Assembly (NCBI GenBank): GCA_001781205.1
Contig: MFLE01000018.1
Location: forward strand, 1 to 56,799
Reading direction: 5' to 3'
Source of the DNA: Candidatus Kaiserbacteria bacterium RIFCSPHIGHO2_02_FULL_49_34
GTDB taxonomy: Bacteria > Patescibacteriota > Minisyncoccia > Phycocordibacterales > UBA918
Length of the DNA: 56,799 nt
Shown: one piece after another, positions 26,063-35,541 of the stretch
How the letters are laid out: each line of letters begins with the position of its first letter
How positions within the stretch are numbered: position 1 is the stretch's first letter
Program-made: the position numbers and the translations under genes
The notes under the pieces: model-generated
The model's input: only the letters and a program-made list of their open reading frames with translations
Told to the model about the DNA's origin: nothing
Databases searched by the model: none

Positions 26063-26824
26063 ATGAGTAATGGTATGCCGCTGGGCGGTTGCTCGGCAAT
26101 TCTGCATCTGGTCGCCTCGTATCCGAAAGTTGCGGCTTGCGCTGCAATTCTCGGTGTTGGCGGTACGCAACTCTCCTCACTACAACTCGAAGAGTGCGAT
26201 GAAAAAATCGCACAATGTCGCAGTGGTGCTCCATCGGTGCCGGTCATGCCATTGCCGATGAATCCCATCGTGACGGCAATCGAGACGGCAAAGCCTATCG
26301 TTGTTGAAGAAGTTCTGCCCGAAGCCCTGGTCATCGACCTCTGCAAGGGTGCGCCAGTACTTACTGACGCAGACATCTTCACGGTGAGCGGCAAACCGTT
26401 CCTCTGGAAGCATGGTGGCGCAGACCCCGTTCGCGGGCATGCTGCCGAACCGTTCCTTCAGAAACTCGAGTACACGTCCGCTGAGCGTGAATACTTCATG
26501 CACAAGGTGGCGACAGGGCAATATGCTCGTGTGCATCTCCAAAATGGTGACAGCGTCGGTCGTTCGACCTCTGGCTCCGGCAAGGTGATGAACAATACGA
26601 TTGTTCAGTTCAGTCCGGTGGTCAACACTGGTGCGAACTACAAGAACGACGCCCGCATGAACGTCTACACCTACTCGCAGAACGTTGTCTATAATGGCAA
26701 CTGTGTGGAGCGTACAGTAACCCTGTACGAACCGCTCGTCTGCCAGAACTGGTCGCGACCAAGCGATACAGTTCGCTTGCTGCATCCTGTAGCCGATCGT
26801 CGGGAAGACGAGATCTTTGAATAA
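26063..26824 (+). CDS. Hypothetical Cys-containing protein, probably exported
   Basis: AAGGAG Shine-Dalgarno; last gene of the operon; hydrophobic N-terminus. Confidence 0.7.
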   Translation: MSNGMPLGGCSAILHLVASYPKVAACAAILGVGGTQLSSLQLEECDEKIAQCRSGAPSVPVMPLPMNPIVTAIETAKPIVVEEVLPEALVIDLCKGAPVLTDADIFTVSGKPFLWKHGGADPVRGHAAEPFLQKLEYTSAEREYFMHKVATGQYARVHLQNGDSVGRSTSGSGKVMNNTIVQFSPVVNTGANYKNDARMNVYTYSQNVVYNGNCVERTVTLYEPLVCQNWSRPSDTVRLLHPVADRREDEIFE

Positions 26825-26847
26825 ATATCCTTTTGCTTTTTTCTAGC

Positions 26848-26876
26848 AGCGCCCCACCTTGGGGCGCTTTTTTTTT
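26848..26876 (+). terminator. Intrinsic terminator of the GT2 operon
   Basis: AGCGCCCC-ACCTT-GGGGCGCT followed by a T-run. Confidence 0.85.
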
Positions 26877-26924
26877 GCACGGATACTTCTGAAATGTTTT
26901 GCTGAGTTGTAGTATACTGCGTCT

Positions 26925-27425
26925 ATGCAGCGGGGTATGTCACTTATTGAATTATTGGTCTATATCGCTATTTTATCGATTGTCGTTGTGGTACTTTCGG
27001 CGACGTATGTTTCGTTTGTGGGTATTCGTGCGAAGACAGAAGCAGTGGCTGCTACAGATACCGCGCTCCGCTATGTGAGCGAGACATTAACGCGTGATGT
27101 TGAACGGGCATCAAGCATTAGTGCGCCTGCGCTAGGTGATACAGGAATACAGCTCACACTCGTGCAGGGCAGTAGTACCATTATATATGCACTAACAAAC
27201 GGCAGTATGAGTCGTTCAGTTGATGGGGTTCTAGAAATATTGACAAGTGACCGAGTTACCATCACCAGTTTCGACGTACGCCGGACGGCAAACAGTCAAT
27301 CACTCACGGTACGGTCACATGAAGGCGTGCAGTGGCTCCTTGAAGCCGAGCATAGCTATGGTGGAGGCGAGTACCGCTACGATGCCGCACGAAAAGGTGC
27401 TGCATCATTACGAATATATGAATAG
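26925..27425 (+). CDS. Type IV minor pilin (PilW/PulJ-like)
   Basis: Prepilin cleavage motif RG-MSLIELLVYI. Confidence 0.85.
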   Translation: MQRGMSLIELLVYIAILSIVVVVLSATYVSFVGIRAKTEAVAATDTALRYVSETLTRDVERASSISAPALGDTGIQLTLVQGSSTIIYALTNGSMSRSVDGVLEILTSDRVTITSFDVRRTANSQSLTVRSHEGVQWLLEAEHSYGGGEYRYDAARKGAASLRIYE

Positions 27426-27903
27426 CAAAACAACACGAAACACAATTTTGTCAATAAAGAGCGCACGTGGCGTTGCGCTTTTGCCGCTCGTGTTTGTGTT
27501 TGCTGGACTCGTGGTGACTGTTGCTCTCGCTTTTTCTGCGATTTCTATTGCGCAGGGTATTGCAGTTGAGAGTGAATTTGGTGCATCGCGTGCACTTCAT
27601 TACGCCGAAGCAGGGCTCAGTGATGCACTTATGCGTCTTGCGCGTGACCGTGACTATCGTTGCGATACGGCTGACTGCTATACGCTTCCGTTTGCTGAAA
27701 ATGGCTGCGTACAAAACATTGCATGTGCTTACGTTACCATTGAGGACGGCGCTACTGAGAATACACTCCGTATTGTCGCTCGTGGTATTGCGAACACAAA
27801 TGTTCGTATTCTTGAACGAATAGCAACGTTCGATGCGGAAAACACCGGCGCTCATACACTCACAACCTGGTGTGAGCAAGCGGGGAGTGTATGTCCCGAG
27901 TAG
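27418..27903 (+). CDS. PilX/PulK-like minor pilin
   Basis: RG-VALL N-terminus lacking Glu5, ALHYAEAGL motif; overlaps upstream pilin stop. Confidence 0.75.
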   Translation: MNSKTTRNTILSIKSARGVALLPLVFVFAGLVVTVALAFSAISIAQGIAVESEFGASRALHYAEAGLSDALMRLARDRDYRCDTADCYTLPFAENGCVQNIACAYVTIEDGATENTLRIVARGIANTNVRILERIATFDAENTGAHTLTTWCEQAGSVCPE

Positions 27904-28167
27904 CATATATCTACCCATGAAGAAAGATATACATAATTGCCAGAAAGAGTTCTCTACGCCATTCAGTGGGACTTTTTGCATTTGCGACTGCACCAATGAT
28001 ATTTTTTTTTTGGCCCTACTACGGTGACAAACATATTACTGAAATGTTATGGCTATGAATTTTCGTAGGGCGGGTGCTCGATGTTACATTGAGCACTGTT
28101 TTCATCGGGCTTGGCATGGGATTTTTTCGTTATGTGCTTATGTGTATTTCTGTGGCATTATAGGTGC

Positions 28168-28887
28168 ATGGAATGGATATTTTTAAGTATTGCATTTTTC
28201 GCAGAGGTGGCAGGAACAATCGCGGGGTTTGGATCATCAACCATTGCACTGCCACTTGCATTGTTTTTATTTGATTTCCAGACAGCCCTTGTGCTTGTGG
28301 CATTTCTGCATATTTTTGGAAATATTGGCAGGATTGGATTCTTCCGGCATGGGCTCGATAAAGGGCTCCTTTTGCGTTTTGGTGTGCCGAGTATCGCGCT
28401 CACCTTGGTTGGCGCACTTTTAGTACAAAGTGTACCGCAGGATATCCTTAAGATGATATTGGGTGTGTTTCTGATATTGTATGTATTCTGGGCATGGACA
28501 GGGAAGCGTACGGTAACACCATCTCTCACAACCTCAGTGATTGGTGGCGGAGTCTCAGGATTCTTTGCGGGGCTTATTGGTACAGGCGGAGCACTCCGTG
28601 CGGCATTTCTCACCTCTTTTCACCTATCAAAAGAACGATATATTGCAACGGCTGCCACCATTGCGCTCATGGTTGATATTACACGATTGCCCGTATATCT
28701 TGCTGGTGGTTTCTTGTCACCAGAGCACTCTCGTATGATTCCTGTACTCCTTGTTGTTGCACTTGTGGGAACATACGTGGGAAAGATAATTGTACGTAAT
28801 GTGCCGCAGATGCTATTCCGACACGTGGTATTGGTTGCGATTGGTAGTATTGGGGTTAAATTTATTATCGACTTCATTGGTACCTAA
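28168..28887 (+). CDS. TauE/SafE (TSUP) family membrane transporter
   Basis: Two-fold repeat GTIAGFGSS / GLIGTGGA; about 8 TM helices. Confidence 0.85.
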   Translation: MEWIFLSIAFFAEVAGTIAGFGSSTIALPLALFLFDFQTALVLVAFLHIFGNIGRIGFFRHGLDKGLLLRFGVPSIALTLVGALLVQSVPQDILKMILGVFLILYVFWAWTGKRTVTPSLTTSVIGGGVSGFFAGLIGTGGALRAAFLTSFHLSKERYIATAATIALMVDITRLPVYLAGGFLSPEHSRMIPVLLVVALVGTYVGKIIVRNVPQMLFRHVVLVAIGSIGVKFIIDFIGT

Positions 28888-29032
28888 CTGAACGTTTGCC
28901 TTCCATAACACACGCAGTAAGCACATTTCCTTTGACTTTGAGGGTATTTGTGGTATATTCGCTCACGTATTCCGTGCGAGAGGAGGGGTTTTCCTTTCCG
29001 ATCCACTGGGGTGCGATTAATTTTTTATTACC

Positions 29033-29548
29033 TTGAAGCAAAATATTCGTATCAATACTGACATCCGCGCGCGTGAACTTCGCGTCATTGCTGCGGATGG
29101 CTCAAATATTGGCATTCTTTCCCGCGCTGACGCACTGGCGCAGGCGAAAGAAGCCGGACTTGACCTGCTCCTCGTTACTGAGGACGCACAGCCGCCGATT
29201 GCAAAAATCGCGGATTACGGGAAGTTTATGTATGAGCTTAAGAAGAAAGCCAAGGAAGTAAAAGCAAAATCACACGTCACGGAAACGAAGGGAATACAAG
29301 TCAAGGTAACCACCGGTGACGGCGATCTCGCAACAAAAGCGAAGCGCGCTGCCGAGTGGCTCCAAGAACGGCACCGTGTTAAAGTCGACCTCTTCCTCTC
29401 TGGTCGCTATAAATACATGGACCAAACGTTCCTCAAGGAACGTCTCGAGCGATTTTTGAAACTCATTCCTGGCGAACATCGCCTCGCTGAGCCGATCAAA
29501 AAATCACCTAAGGGATTTTCAACAGTCATTGAACCCGTAAAAAAATAG
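29033..29548 (+). CDS. infC: Translation initiation factor IF-3 (non-AUG start: TTG 29033 or in-frame ATT 29027)
   Basis: RINTDIRARELRVI, PPIAKIADYGKF motifs; first gene of infC-rpmI-rplT; no in-frame ATG before the conserved N-terminus. Confidence 0.93.
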   Translation: MKQNIRINTDIRARELRVIAADGSNIGILSRADALAQAKEAGLDLLLVTEDAQPPIAKIADYGKFMYELKKKAKEVKAKSHVTETKGIQVKVTTGDGDLATKAKRAAEWLQERHRVKVDLFLSGRYKYMDQTFLKERLERFLKLIPGEHRLAEPIKKSPKGFSTVIEPVKK

Positions 29549-29553
29549 TCATC

Positions 29554-29778
29554 ATGAAAACTAACAAATCATACACCAAGCGTATTAAGGTGACCAAGAA
29601 CGGCAAACTCGTCGCTCGTAACCCTGGTCGCAATCACTTCAATGCGAAGCAGTCAGGCCGCAAGCGCCAGCAGCTCCGCCGTGGTAACCACCTTCAGCTT
29701 TCACAGCGTATTATTCGCCGATTCCTTCCAGGACTCAAGGTTCAAAAGACCGTTACCAAGGTTGTTGTTGCAGAATAA
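29554..29778 (+). CDS. rpmI: 50S ribosomal protein L35
   Basis: MKTNKSYTKRIKVTKNGK; position between infC and rplT. Confidence 0.9.
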   Translation: MKTNKSYTKRIKVTKNGKLVARNPGRNHFNAKQSGRKRQQLRRGNHLQLSQRIIRRFLPGLKVQKTVTKVVVAE

Positions 29779-29819
29779 TCTGTCGACAAACCTCTCGTAA
29801 TTTAATTTAAAACTCAACT

Positions 29820-30164
29820 ATGTCACGTGTTAAAGGAGGAATGATGGCGATGAAGCGTCGTCGCAATATCCTCGCACAGGTAAAGGGTTACCGTTTTGGT
29901 CGCTCAACAAAGAAGCGTCAGGCTATCGAAGCGCTCCACCATGCATACAACTACTCATTCGCGCACCGTAAGGACAAGAAGAATGACTTCCGCCGCCTCT
30001 GGGTTGTTCGTATTAATGCAGCACTTCGTACTCTCGGTATGACCTGGAGTACCTACACGCATGCTGCGTCAAAGAAAAGTGTTGCAATCAATCGCAAGAT
30101 GCTTGCAGACCTTGCACTTAATAATCCGTCTGTATTTGAAAAAATCGTCGCGACAGTTAAGTAG
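29820..30164 (+). CDS. rplT: 50S ribosomal protein L20
   Basis: MSRVKGG, FRRLWVVRINAA, INRKMLADLA motifs. Confidence 0.96.
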   Translation: MSRVKGGMMAMKRRRNILAQVKGYRFGRSTKKRQAIEALHHAYNYSFAHRKDKKNDFRRLWVVRINAALRTLGMTWSTYTHAASKKSVAINRKMLADLALNNPSVFEKIVATVK

Positions 30165-30167
30165 TCG

Positions 30168-30198
30168 AAAAAATACACTCTCACGAGTGTATTTTTTT
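30168..30198. terminator. Bidirectional intrinsic terminator
   Basis: AAAAAATACACTC-TCAC-GAGTGTATTTTTTT between convergent rplT and gap. Confidence 0.85.
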
Positions 30199-30202
30199 GT
30201 AC

Positions 30203-31210
30203 CTATTTTGTAACTGAACGGACATGTCGAATGAGGGTTTCCGTGTAGCCGGCTTCATTGTCGTACCATGCGAGGACTTTGACGAGATTACCGCCGACAA
30301 CACGGGTAAAGGAGAGGTCGGCAATGGAAGCAAATGGTGCGCCGATAATGTCGGAGGAAACAATGGGCTCGTCGGTGACGGTGAAGGCTGTTTCCCATCG
30401 AGGGTCTTCGGCCGCTTTACGGAGGATGTCGTTGACTTCGGCAACAGTGGTATCACGAGAGGCTATGAAGGTGATGTCGACGATAGAGCCGGTGATGACG
30501 GGGACACGCATGGCGATACCATCGAACTTGCCGGCAAGCTCAGTGTGTACTTGTGTGACAGCAATTGCTGCACCAGTGGATGATGGGATAATATTTTGTG
30601 CGGCAGCACGACCAGAGCGGAAGTCTTTTTTTGCGGGGCCATCAACAAGCGCCTGAGACGCGGTGTATGCATGGACAGTATTAAGGAGCGCCTTTTCGAT
30701 GCCGACTGACTCCTTAAGAATGGTGATAACTGGTGATGAGGCATTGGTCGTACAGGATGCGTTCGATGTAATGGCGACACCGCCGAGCGCACCCTCATTA
30801 ACACCAACGAGCATGGTGCCTCCGACTGATGCATCACCCTTTGCGGGTGCGGTAATCACAACTCGCTTTGCGCCGGCAATAACATGTGCGTTTGCGGCTT
30901 CATAATCAGTAAAGAATCCTGTTGATTCAATAACAACATCAATAGTGAGCTCTTTCCAGGGAAGGTTTGTAGGATCTTTTTCCTGGCAGACTTTAATAGC
31001 ATGACCATCAATAAGAAGGTTGTCACCATCTACAGAAACCTCAAAAGGCTGCTGGCCATACGCAGTATCATACCGTAAAAGGTACGCAAGGTTTTCTTTG
31101 TCACCGAGGTCATTCACCGCAACAATTTCTAAATCAGGAAATTCCTGAGCACGGCGCAAAAATGCGCGCCCAATACGACCAAGGCCGTTGATTGCAATTC
31201 TTGTAGACAT
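30203..31210 (-). CDS. gap: Type I glyceraldehyde-3-phosphate dehydrogenase
   Basis: INGLGRIGR, SNASCTTN, NIIPSSTGAA, AWYDNE motifs. Confidence 0.96.
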   Translation of the reverse strand: MSTRIAINGLGRIGRAFLRRAQEFPDLEIVAVNDLGDKENLAYLLRYDTAYGQQPFEVSVDGDNLLIDGHAIKVCQEKDPTNLPWKELTIDVVIESTGFFTDYEAANAHVIAGAKRVVITAPAKGDASVGGTMLVGVNEGALGGVAITSNASCTTNASSPVITILKESVGIEKALLNTVHAYTASQALVDGPAKKDFRSGRAAAQNIIPSSTGAAIAVTQVHTELAGKFDGIAMRVPVITGSIVDITFIASRDTTVAEVNDILRKAAEDPRWETAFTVTDEPIVSSDIIGAPFASIADLSFTRVVGGNLVKVLAWYDNEAGYTETLIRHVRSVTK

Positions 31211-31239
31211 GCACGCATTGTATCACGACTTGCAAAAAA

Positions 31240-31719
31240 CTAACGAAGGTGGGCGAGGCAGGTGACACCTATGGCAATGGCGTCGTACTCGTCGTCGAGG
31301 GCTTTATCGGGAACTCCTTGTACAAGACGTTTGACCATGTCGGTGACAGCTTTTTTGTCGCTGCCGCCGTGGCCGGTCATGGCGACTTTTATTTCTTGTG
31401 GGGTGTACTCGTGGATTTCGAGATTATTTACACGCGCAAGAAAGAGCATGATGCCACGTGCTTCAGCGACAACCATGGCGGTCTTTGCGTTGTTCTGAAA
31501 GAAGAGTTTTTCTATGGCAAAGACCGTTGGTTCATGTTCAAGGATGAGTTTACGGACAGCATTGCCCGTTGTGAAGAGGCGTTCATGATGTGATGCTTTT
31601 CTGTCGGTTTGTACACAGGTTGAAAAAAGACAGACATCACGTCCAAAAGCGTCGCGCTCAAGGAGTGCGACGCCGATGCGGTCGTAGCCGGGGTCAATTG
31701 CGAGAACTCGTGCGGTCAT
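31240..31719 (-). CDS. ruvC: Holliday junction resolvase RuvC
   Basis: AIDPG, AIEKLFF, EARG, EYTPQEIK, DDEYDAIA motifs. Confidence 0.93.
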   Translation of the reverse strand: MTARVLAIDPGYDRIGVALLERDAFGRDVCLFSTCVQTDRKASHHERLFTTGNAVRKLILEHEPTVFAIEKLFFQNNAKTAMVVAEARGIMLFLARVNNLEIHEYTPQEIKVAMTGHGGSDKKAVTDMVKRLVQGVPDKALDDEYDAIAIGVTCLAHLR

Positions 31720-33137
31720 GGTGTGTGTGGTTCGTTGTGTGCAATTGGGTCATGGGGATGTGCGGAGCTACGCATAGGGCCTTGGATAAGTGCCTCACGT
31801 CGTTTCCTGAAGAGGGTGAGGAGTATGAGGATAATAATCCCGATAAAGGTGAGGAGTGCGAAGGAAATAATAAAAAGGGTAGTGAGACGGGCTGTTGCGC
31901 GCTCAACAATACCTGGCTTTTCAGCGCCGAGAATAGCGAAAATGCCAAGCTGTGTGGAGCGGAAGGTGACGGTGTGTGCATTGTAGCTTTCAATGGTGAC
32001 TTCCTCCCAGAGGGTGTTTTCGGCATTCAATCGATAGACACGTACGGGTACATCGGTGAGATCATCAGGAACGACGAGGGTAATGCGGAGCGCTGCAGTG
32101 AGAGAGTTGAGAGTTTCTCCGAGATGGTTTTCTGCGTAGACGTTAAAGAAGGAGTCATTTACGACGGTATAATTTACTAAACTACAGGCAACATTACTGA
32201 CAAGAGGACTACATCGTGGAATATTTTCATTCGAAAGATGTTCTGCGAAGAGCGTGAACCATACTGGTGATGCCCCTGAGGGTACTTCGATAGCTACGGC
32301 GCGGGTGGTGCTTTTGGAGGGAGAGGGGTCGTCGCTCGCATCAAACACTAAGAGTCCAGAGTCTCGGTGTGCAACACGAAGCGTGTTACTACACGCCTCG
32401 GTGTGGCGTGGATTCCGACGAATGGTTGGTTCCGGCTTATCGATGCGGTGGTAAAATTCAGCGATACAGTCAGTGCCTGATACTACCACGCTTGGTGTAG
32501 TTGTGCCGGTTGTTGTCTCTGAGGTGCCAATTTCCGTGGGGGGGTTACTTTCTTCAGGTGACGTCTCCAGAACTGGTGCAGGGGGTTCTTCGACAGGGTA
32601 GTAGCCAATTGATCCAGTATTGAATGAGAAGGCATCGATAGAAAATGGCTCGGTACGCGTCCCTGTTGCTTGATCAAGATCAGTAACGGTAAGGTGTGCG
32701 TGCCATGCGCCGTATGAGTATGCTTGTGGGATGGAAAAAGAGCATTGGTACCAAGCTTCAGTGTCAGTTCCTAGAGTTGTGTTGAATGCGCATGAGGGGA
32801 CATGATAACATTGGTTTGGATCGGCGGTACATGCTGGACCGAGCCCGTTGCCGTCACGCCATGCAACAAGCAGGACGCCCTGAATGTCGGCGGCGCCGTT
32901 TTGATCGTCAGCGAAACCGTTAAAGGTGATAGTTCGCTCAAATGATGAAGATGGTGCGCCAGTATTGCCAGAGATGCTGAGTGTTTTTATGGTTGGGGAT
33001 GCGTTTTCAACGATCGCACTGGTGAGTGCCTCGCCTACCTGTGCAAGCATGCCACCACTCGAAAACGCAAAAAAAGTTGTGGCCGTACCAACGAGTGAAA
33101 GAAGAAAGGTGATCACTGAACTAAGCATATCTTGCAA
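31716..33137 (-). CDS. Hypothetical cell-surface protein with C-terminal TM anchor
   Basis: Hydrophobic N-terminus, 4-Cys Ig-like domain, Thr/Pro linker, C-terminal TM followed by RKRR; start may be ATG 33128. Confidence 0.75.
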   Translation of the reverse strand: MQDMLSSVITFLLSLVGTATTFFAFSSGGMLAQVGEALTSAIVENASPTIKTLSISGNTGAPSSSFERTITFNGFADDQNGAADIQGVLLVAWRDGNGLGPACTADPNQCYHVPSCAFNTTLGTDTEAWYQCSFSIPQAYSYGAWHAHLTVTDLDQATGTRTEPFSIDAFSFNTGSIGYYPVEEPPAPVLETSPEESNPPTEIGTSETTTGTTTPSVVVSGTDCIAEFYHRIDKPEPTIRRNPRHTEACSNTLRVAHRDSGLLVFDASDDPSPSKSTTRAVAIEVPSGASPVWFTLFAEHLSNENIPRCSPLVSNVACSLVNYTVVNDSFFNVYAENHLGETLNSLTAALRITLVVPDDLTDVPVRVYRLNAENTLWEEVTIESYNAHTVTFRSTQLGIFAILGAEKPGIVERATARLTTLFIISFALLTFIGIIILILLTLFRKRREALIQGPMRSSAHPHDPIAHNEPHTP

Positions 33138-33214
33138 ATAGTATACCCCATAATTAGGAAAAAGAAGTGTGCATAACGGTGTACTTTTTATGCGGGTGTG
33201 GTACTATCGGCACC

Positions 33215-33988
33215 ATGATAACGAAGAAGAAGCCAGAAGATATTGAACGTTTACGAAAAGGTGGGCGTATTCTTGCGCGTATTTTGCGCGAGACAAAAGA
33301 ATATGCAAAGCCAGGAATGTCAACGGTAGCGCTCGATGCGTACGCTCATAGTCTTGCGCAGAAGTACGGTGTCGAATCTGTACTTAAAGGATATCACCCC
33401 GTGTTCGCGGAGTTTCCGTATCCGGCAAGTATGTGTATTTCTGTAAATGATACCGTACAACATGGTGTGCCAAACGAAGATGAAATCCTTGCTGATGGCG
33501 ATGTAATTAACCTTGACATGTCAATTGGGTACGAAGGTATGATTGTTGACTCAGGTATTACCTTTGGACTAGGGGTAATTACTGAAAAGGAAGAAGAGCT
33601 TTTGAAGGTCACTAAAGAAGCACTGAAAGAAGGAATTAAAGCCGCAAAACCGGGGAACAGAATCGGTGATATATCGCACGCTATCGAAACGTATATTAGA
33701 AAGTACGGACTCGGTATTGTTGAAGATTTGGCAGGGCACGGTGTTGGCTATAAGGTTCACGAAGAACCGATGATTCCTAATCTTGGTAAAAAGGGAACAG
33801 GGCCCGCGATTCAGGTGGGGCATGTGTATGCTATTGAGCCGATTACCACCATGGGCGCGCCAGATGTCTTGTACGACGATGATGGCGATGGCTACAGTAT
33901 CTTCACAGCAGACGGGAGCAAGAGTGCACACTTTGAGCACACCGTGGTCATCACGGAAAAAGGTGCGGAAATTCTCACACAAGAATAA
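33215..33988 (+). CDS. map: Type I methionine aminopeptidase
   Basis: CISVND..QHGVP, GHGVG..VHEEP, AIEP, SAHFEHTV motifs. Confidence 0.96.
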   Translation: MITKKKPEDIERLRKGGRILARILRETKEYAKPGMSTVALDAYAHSLAQKYGVESVLKGYHPVFAEFPYPASMCISVNDTVQHGVPNEDEILADGDVINLDMSIGYEGMIVDSGITFGLGVITEKEEELLKVTKEALKEGIKAAKPGNRIGDISHAIETYIRKYGLGIVEDLAGHGVGYKVHEEPMIPNLGKKGTGPAIQVGHVYAIEPITTMGAPDVLYDDDGDGYSIFTADGSKSAHFEHTVVITEKGAEILTQE

Positions 33989-33989
33989 T

Positions 33990-34367
33990 ATGCGATATCT
34001 TGGAATAGACTACGGCACAAAGCGTGTGGGGCTCGCCCTCTCAGATGAAGGGGGCAACATGGCATTCCCTCTTGCTGTGGTGAAGAATGATGCAAAACTA
34101 AATGACACGATTGTAAATTATGTCAAGGAGAAGCAGGTTGGCGCAATCGTGATTGGACACTCTCTCGATATGAAAGGAAATGAAAATGCTGCACACGCAG
34201 GTGCGCAGGCACTCATGCTCGAGCTCACCCTTGCAACAGGACTTCCGATTCATCTTGAACCAGAATGGTTCACCACCGTCGCAGCAACACGCTTTCAGGG
34301 AAAGACTGAGCTTAAGGACGCATCAGCTGCGGCACTCATTCTCGAATCCTACTTAAGTAGACAATAA
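33990..34367 (+). CDS. ruvX: Holliday junction resolvase-like / pre-16S rRNA nuclease YqgF
   Basis: YLGIDYGTKRVGLALSD and DASAAALILESYL motifs. Confidence 0.9.
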   Translation: MRYLGIDYGTKRVGLALSDEGGNMAFPLAVVKNDAKLNDTIVNYVKEKQVGAIVIGHSLDMKGNENAAHAGAQALMLELTLATGLPIHLEPEWFTTVAATRFQGKTELKDASAAALILESYLSRQ

Positions 34368-34371
34368 TACT

Positions 34372-34704
34372 ATGGAAACAATTACGTACGATGATTTTGC
34401 AAAACTTAATATCCGTATCGGCACAATACGTTCTGTCGAGCTTATTGAGGGTGCTGATAAACTTCTGAAACTCATGGTTGATGTCGGCGAAGAAACGCCG
34501 CGACAAATCCTTTCAGGTATCCGTATGTTTTTTACAGATCCGCAGGAGCTTGTCGGGAAGCAATGTCCGTTTTTGATAAACCTTGCACCGCGCACTATTC
34601 GTGGACTCGAATCAAACGGTATGATTCTCGCTGCGGGTGATGCTGAAACCTTCTCTCTTCTGCACCCAACAAAAATACTGCCACACGGAACAGAAGTACA
34701 TTAA
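34372..34704 (+). CDS. Stand-alone tRNA-binding OB-fold protein (MetRS C-domain/CsaA/Trbp111-like)
   Basis: ITYDDFAKLNIRIG, ADKLLKL, NLAPR..RGLESNGMIL motifs. Confidence 0.9.
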   Translation: METITYDDFAKLNIRIGTIRSVELIEGADKLLKLMVDVGEETPRQILSGIRMFFTDPQELVGKQCPFLINLAPRTIRGLESNGMILAAGDAETFSLLHPTKILPHGTEVH

Positions 34705-34738
34705 AAACCTCCTTCTCAATTGAGGGAAGGCAACACGT

Positions 34739-35290
34739 ATGAAAGAAAAACTTAATCATAAGAATGTTGGTATCGGGCTTGCAGGAGTCTCCTTCTTGGA
34801 GTCTTCGTTTTTCCCCGTGATTATTGATCCGTTTCTTCTTGCTGCGGTAGCACTCCATCGTGATAAGTGGGTTCGGTACGCGATTATTTCGTCAGCCTTT
34901 TCAGTCCTCGGCGCGACGTTCGCCTATGTCGTCGGTGTGTATGCATGGGGTTTATGGGGCGCAGCAATCTTGGAGTGGACAAACGGCGCAAAAGCATTTT
35001 CTGAAATTGCGGTAATGCTCGATCGTGGTGCGTTCATTTTTACCATGATTGGCGCCGTCACACCTGTACCGTATAAGCTCACTGCGCTCGCGGGGGGTGT
35101 CTTCCAGATTAACTTCTTTGCGTTTCTTGCAGCCTCAGTCATAGGACGCTTCGCGCGATTCTTCCTCGTCGCCTACCTTGGTGCAGTTGGTAAAGATGTT
35201 GCGCTCAAAGTGTTGCCACACGTAACCTGGCGTCGTGCGTTCATTGCAGGAGCTGTTGTTGGCGTTGCGCTCATACTTGTTTTGCGCTAA
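34739..35290 (+). CDS. YqaA/DedA (VTT) family membrane protein
   Basis: SFLESSFFP and TPVPYK motifs, GRFARF. Confidence 0.88.
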   Translation: MKEKLNHKNVGIGLAGVSFLESSFFPVIIDPFLLAAVALHRDKWVRYAIISSAFSVLGATFAYVVGVYAWGLWGAAILEWTNGAKAFSEIAVMLDRGAFIFTMIGAVTPVPYKLTALAGGVFQINFFAFLAASVIGRFARFFLVAYLGAVGKDVALKVLPHVTWRRAFIAGAVVGVALILVLR

Positions 35291-35303
35291 CATGCGCACA
35301 CAA

Positions 35304-35375
35304 GCTTCCATAGTTCAATGGATAGAACAGGGGACTTCTAAGCCCTTGATCGTGGTTCGATTCCACGTGGGAGCA
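35304..35375 (+). tRNA. tRNA-Arg(TCT)
   Basis: GCTTCCA/TGGGAGC acceptor, GTTC/GAAC D-stem, loop CTTCTAA, CGTGG-TTCGATT-CCACG T-arm. Confidence 0.9.
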
Positions 35376-35541
35376 CAAAATACATAAAAAGATGTCGGGA
35401 CATCCGTTGCAGGAGTAGCGGAGTCTAGAGACTGGTTTCGGACAAGTCGCTCGGCACGGTACGGTAGTGTTCCATTCGACTCCAAACAACTTTCGTTATT
35501 CAAAATTGCAAAAGGAATGATTGTTTTGTATAATATTCAGT

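Noticed and set aside
27904-28167. Possible small gene or ncRNA in the 260-bp gap after the pilins
   Set aside because: Only weak short ORFs and no convincing structure or repeat match were seen
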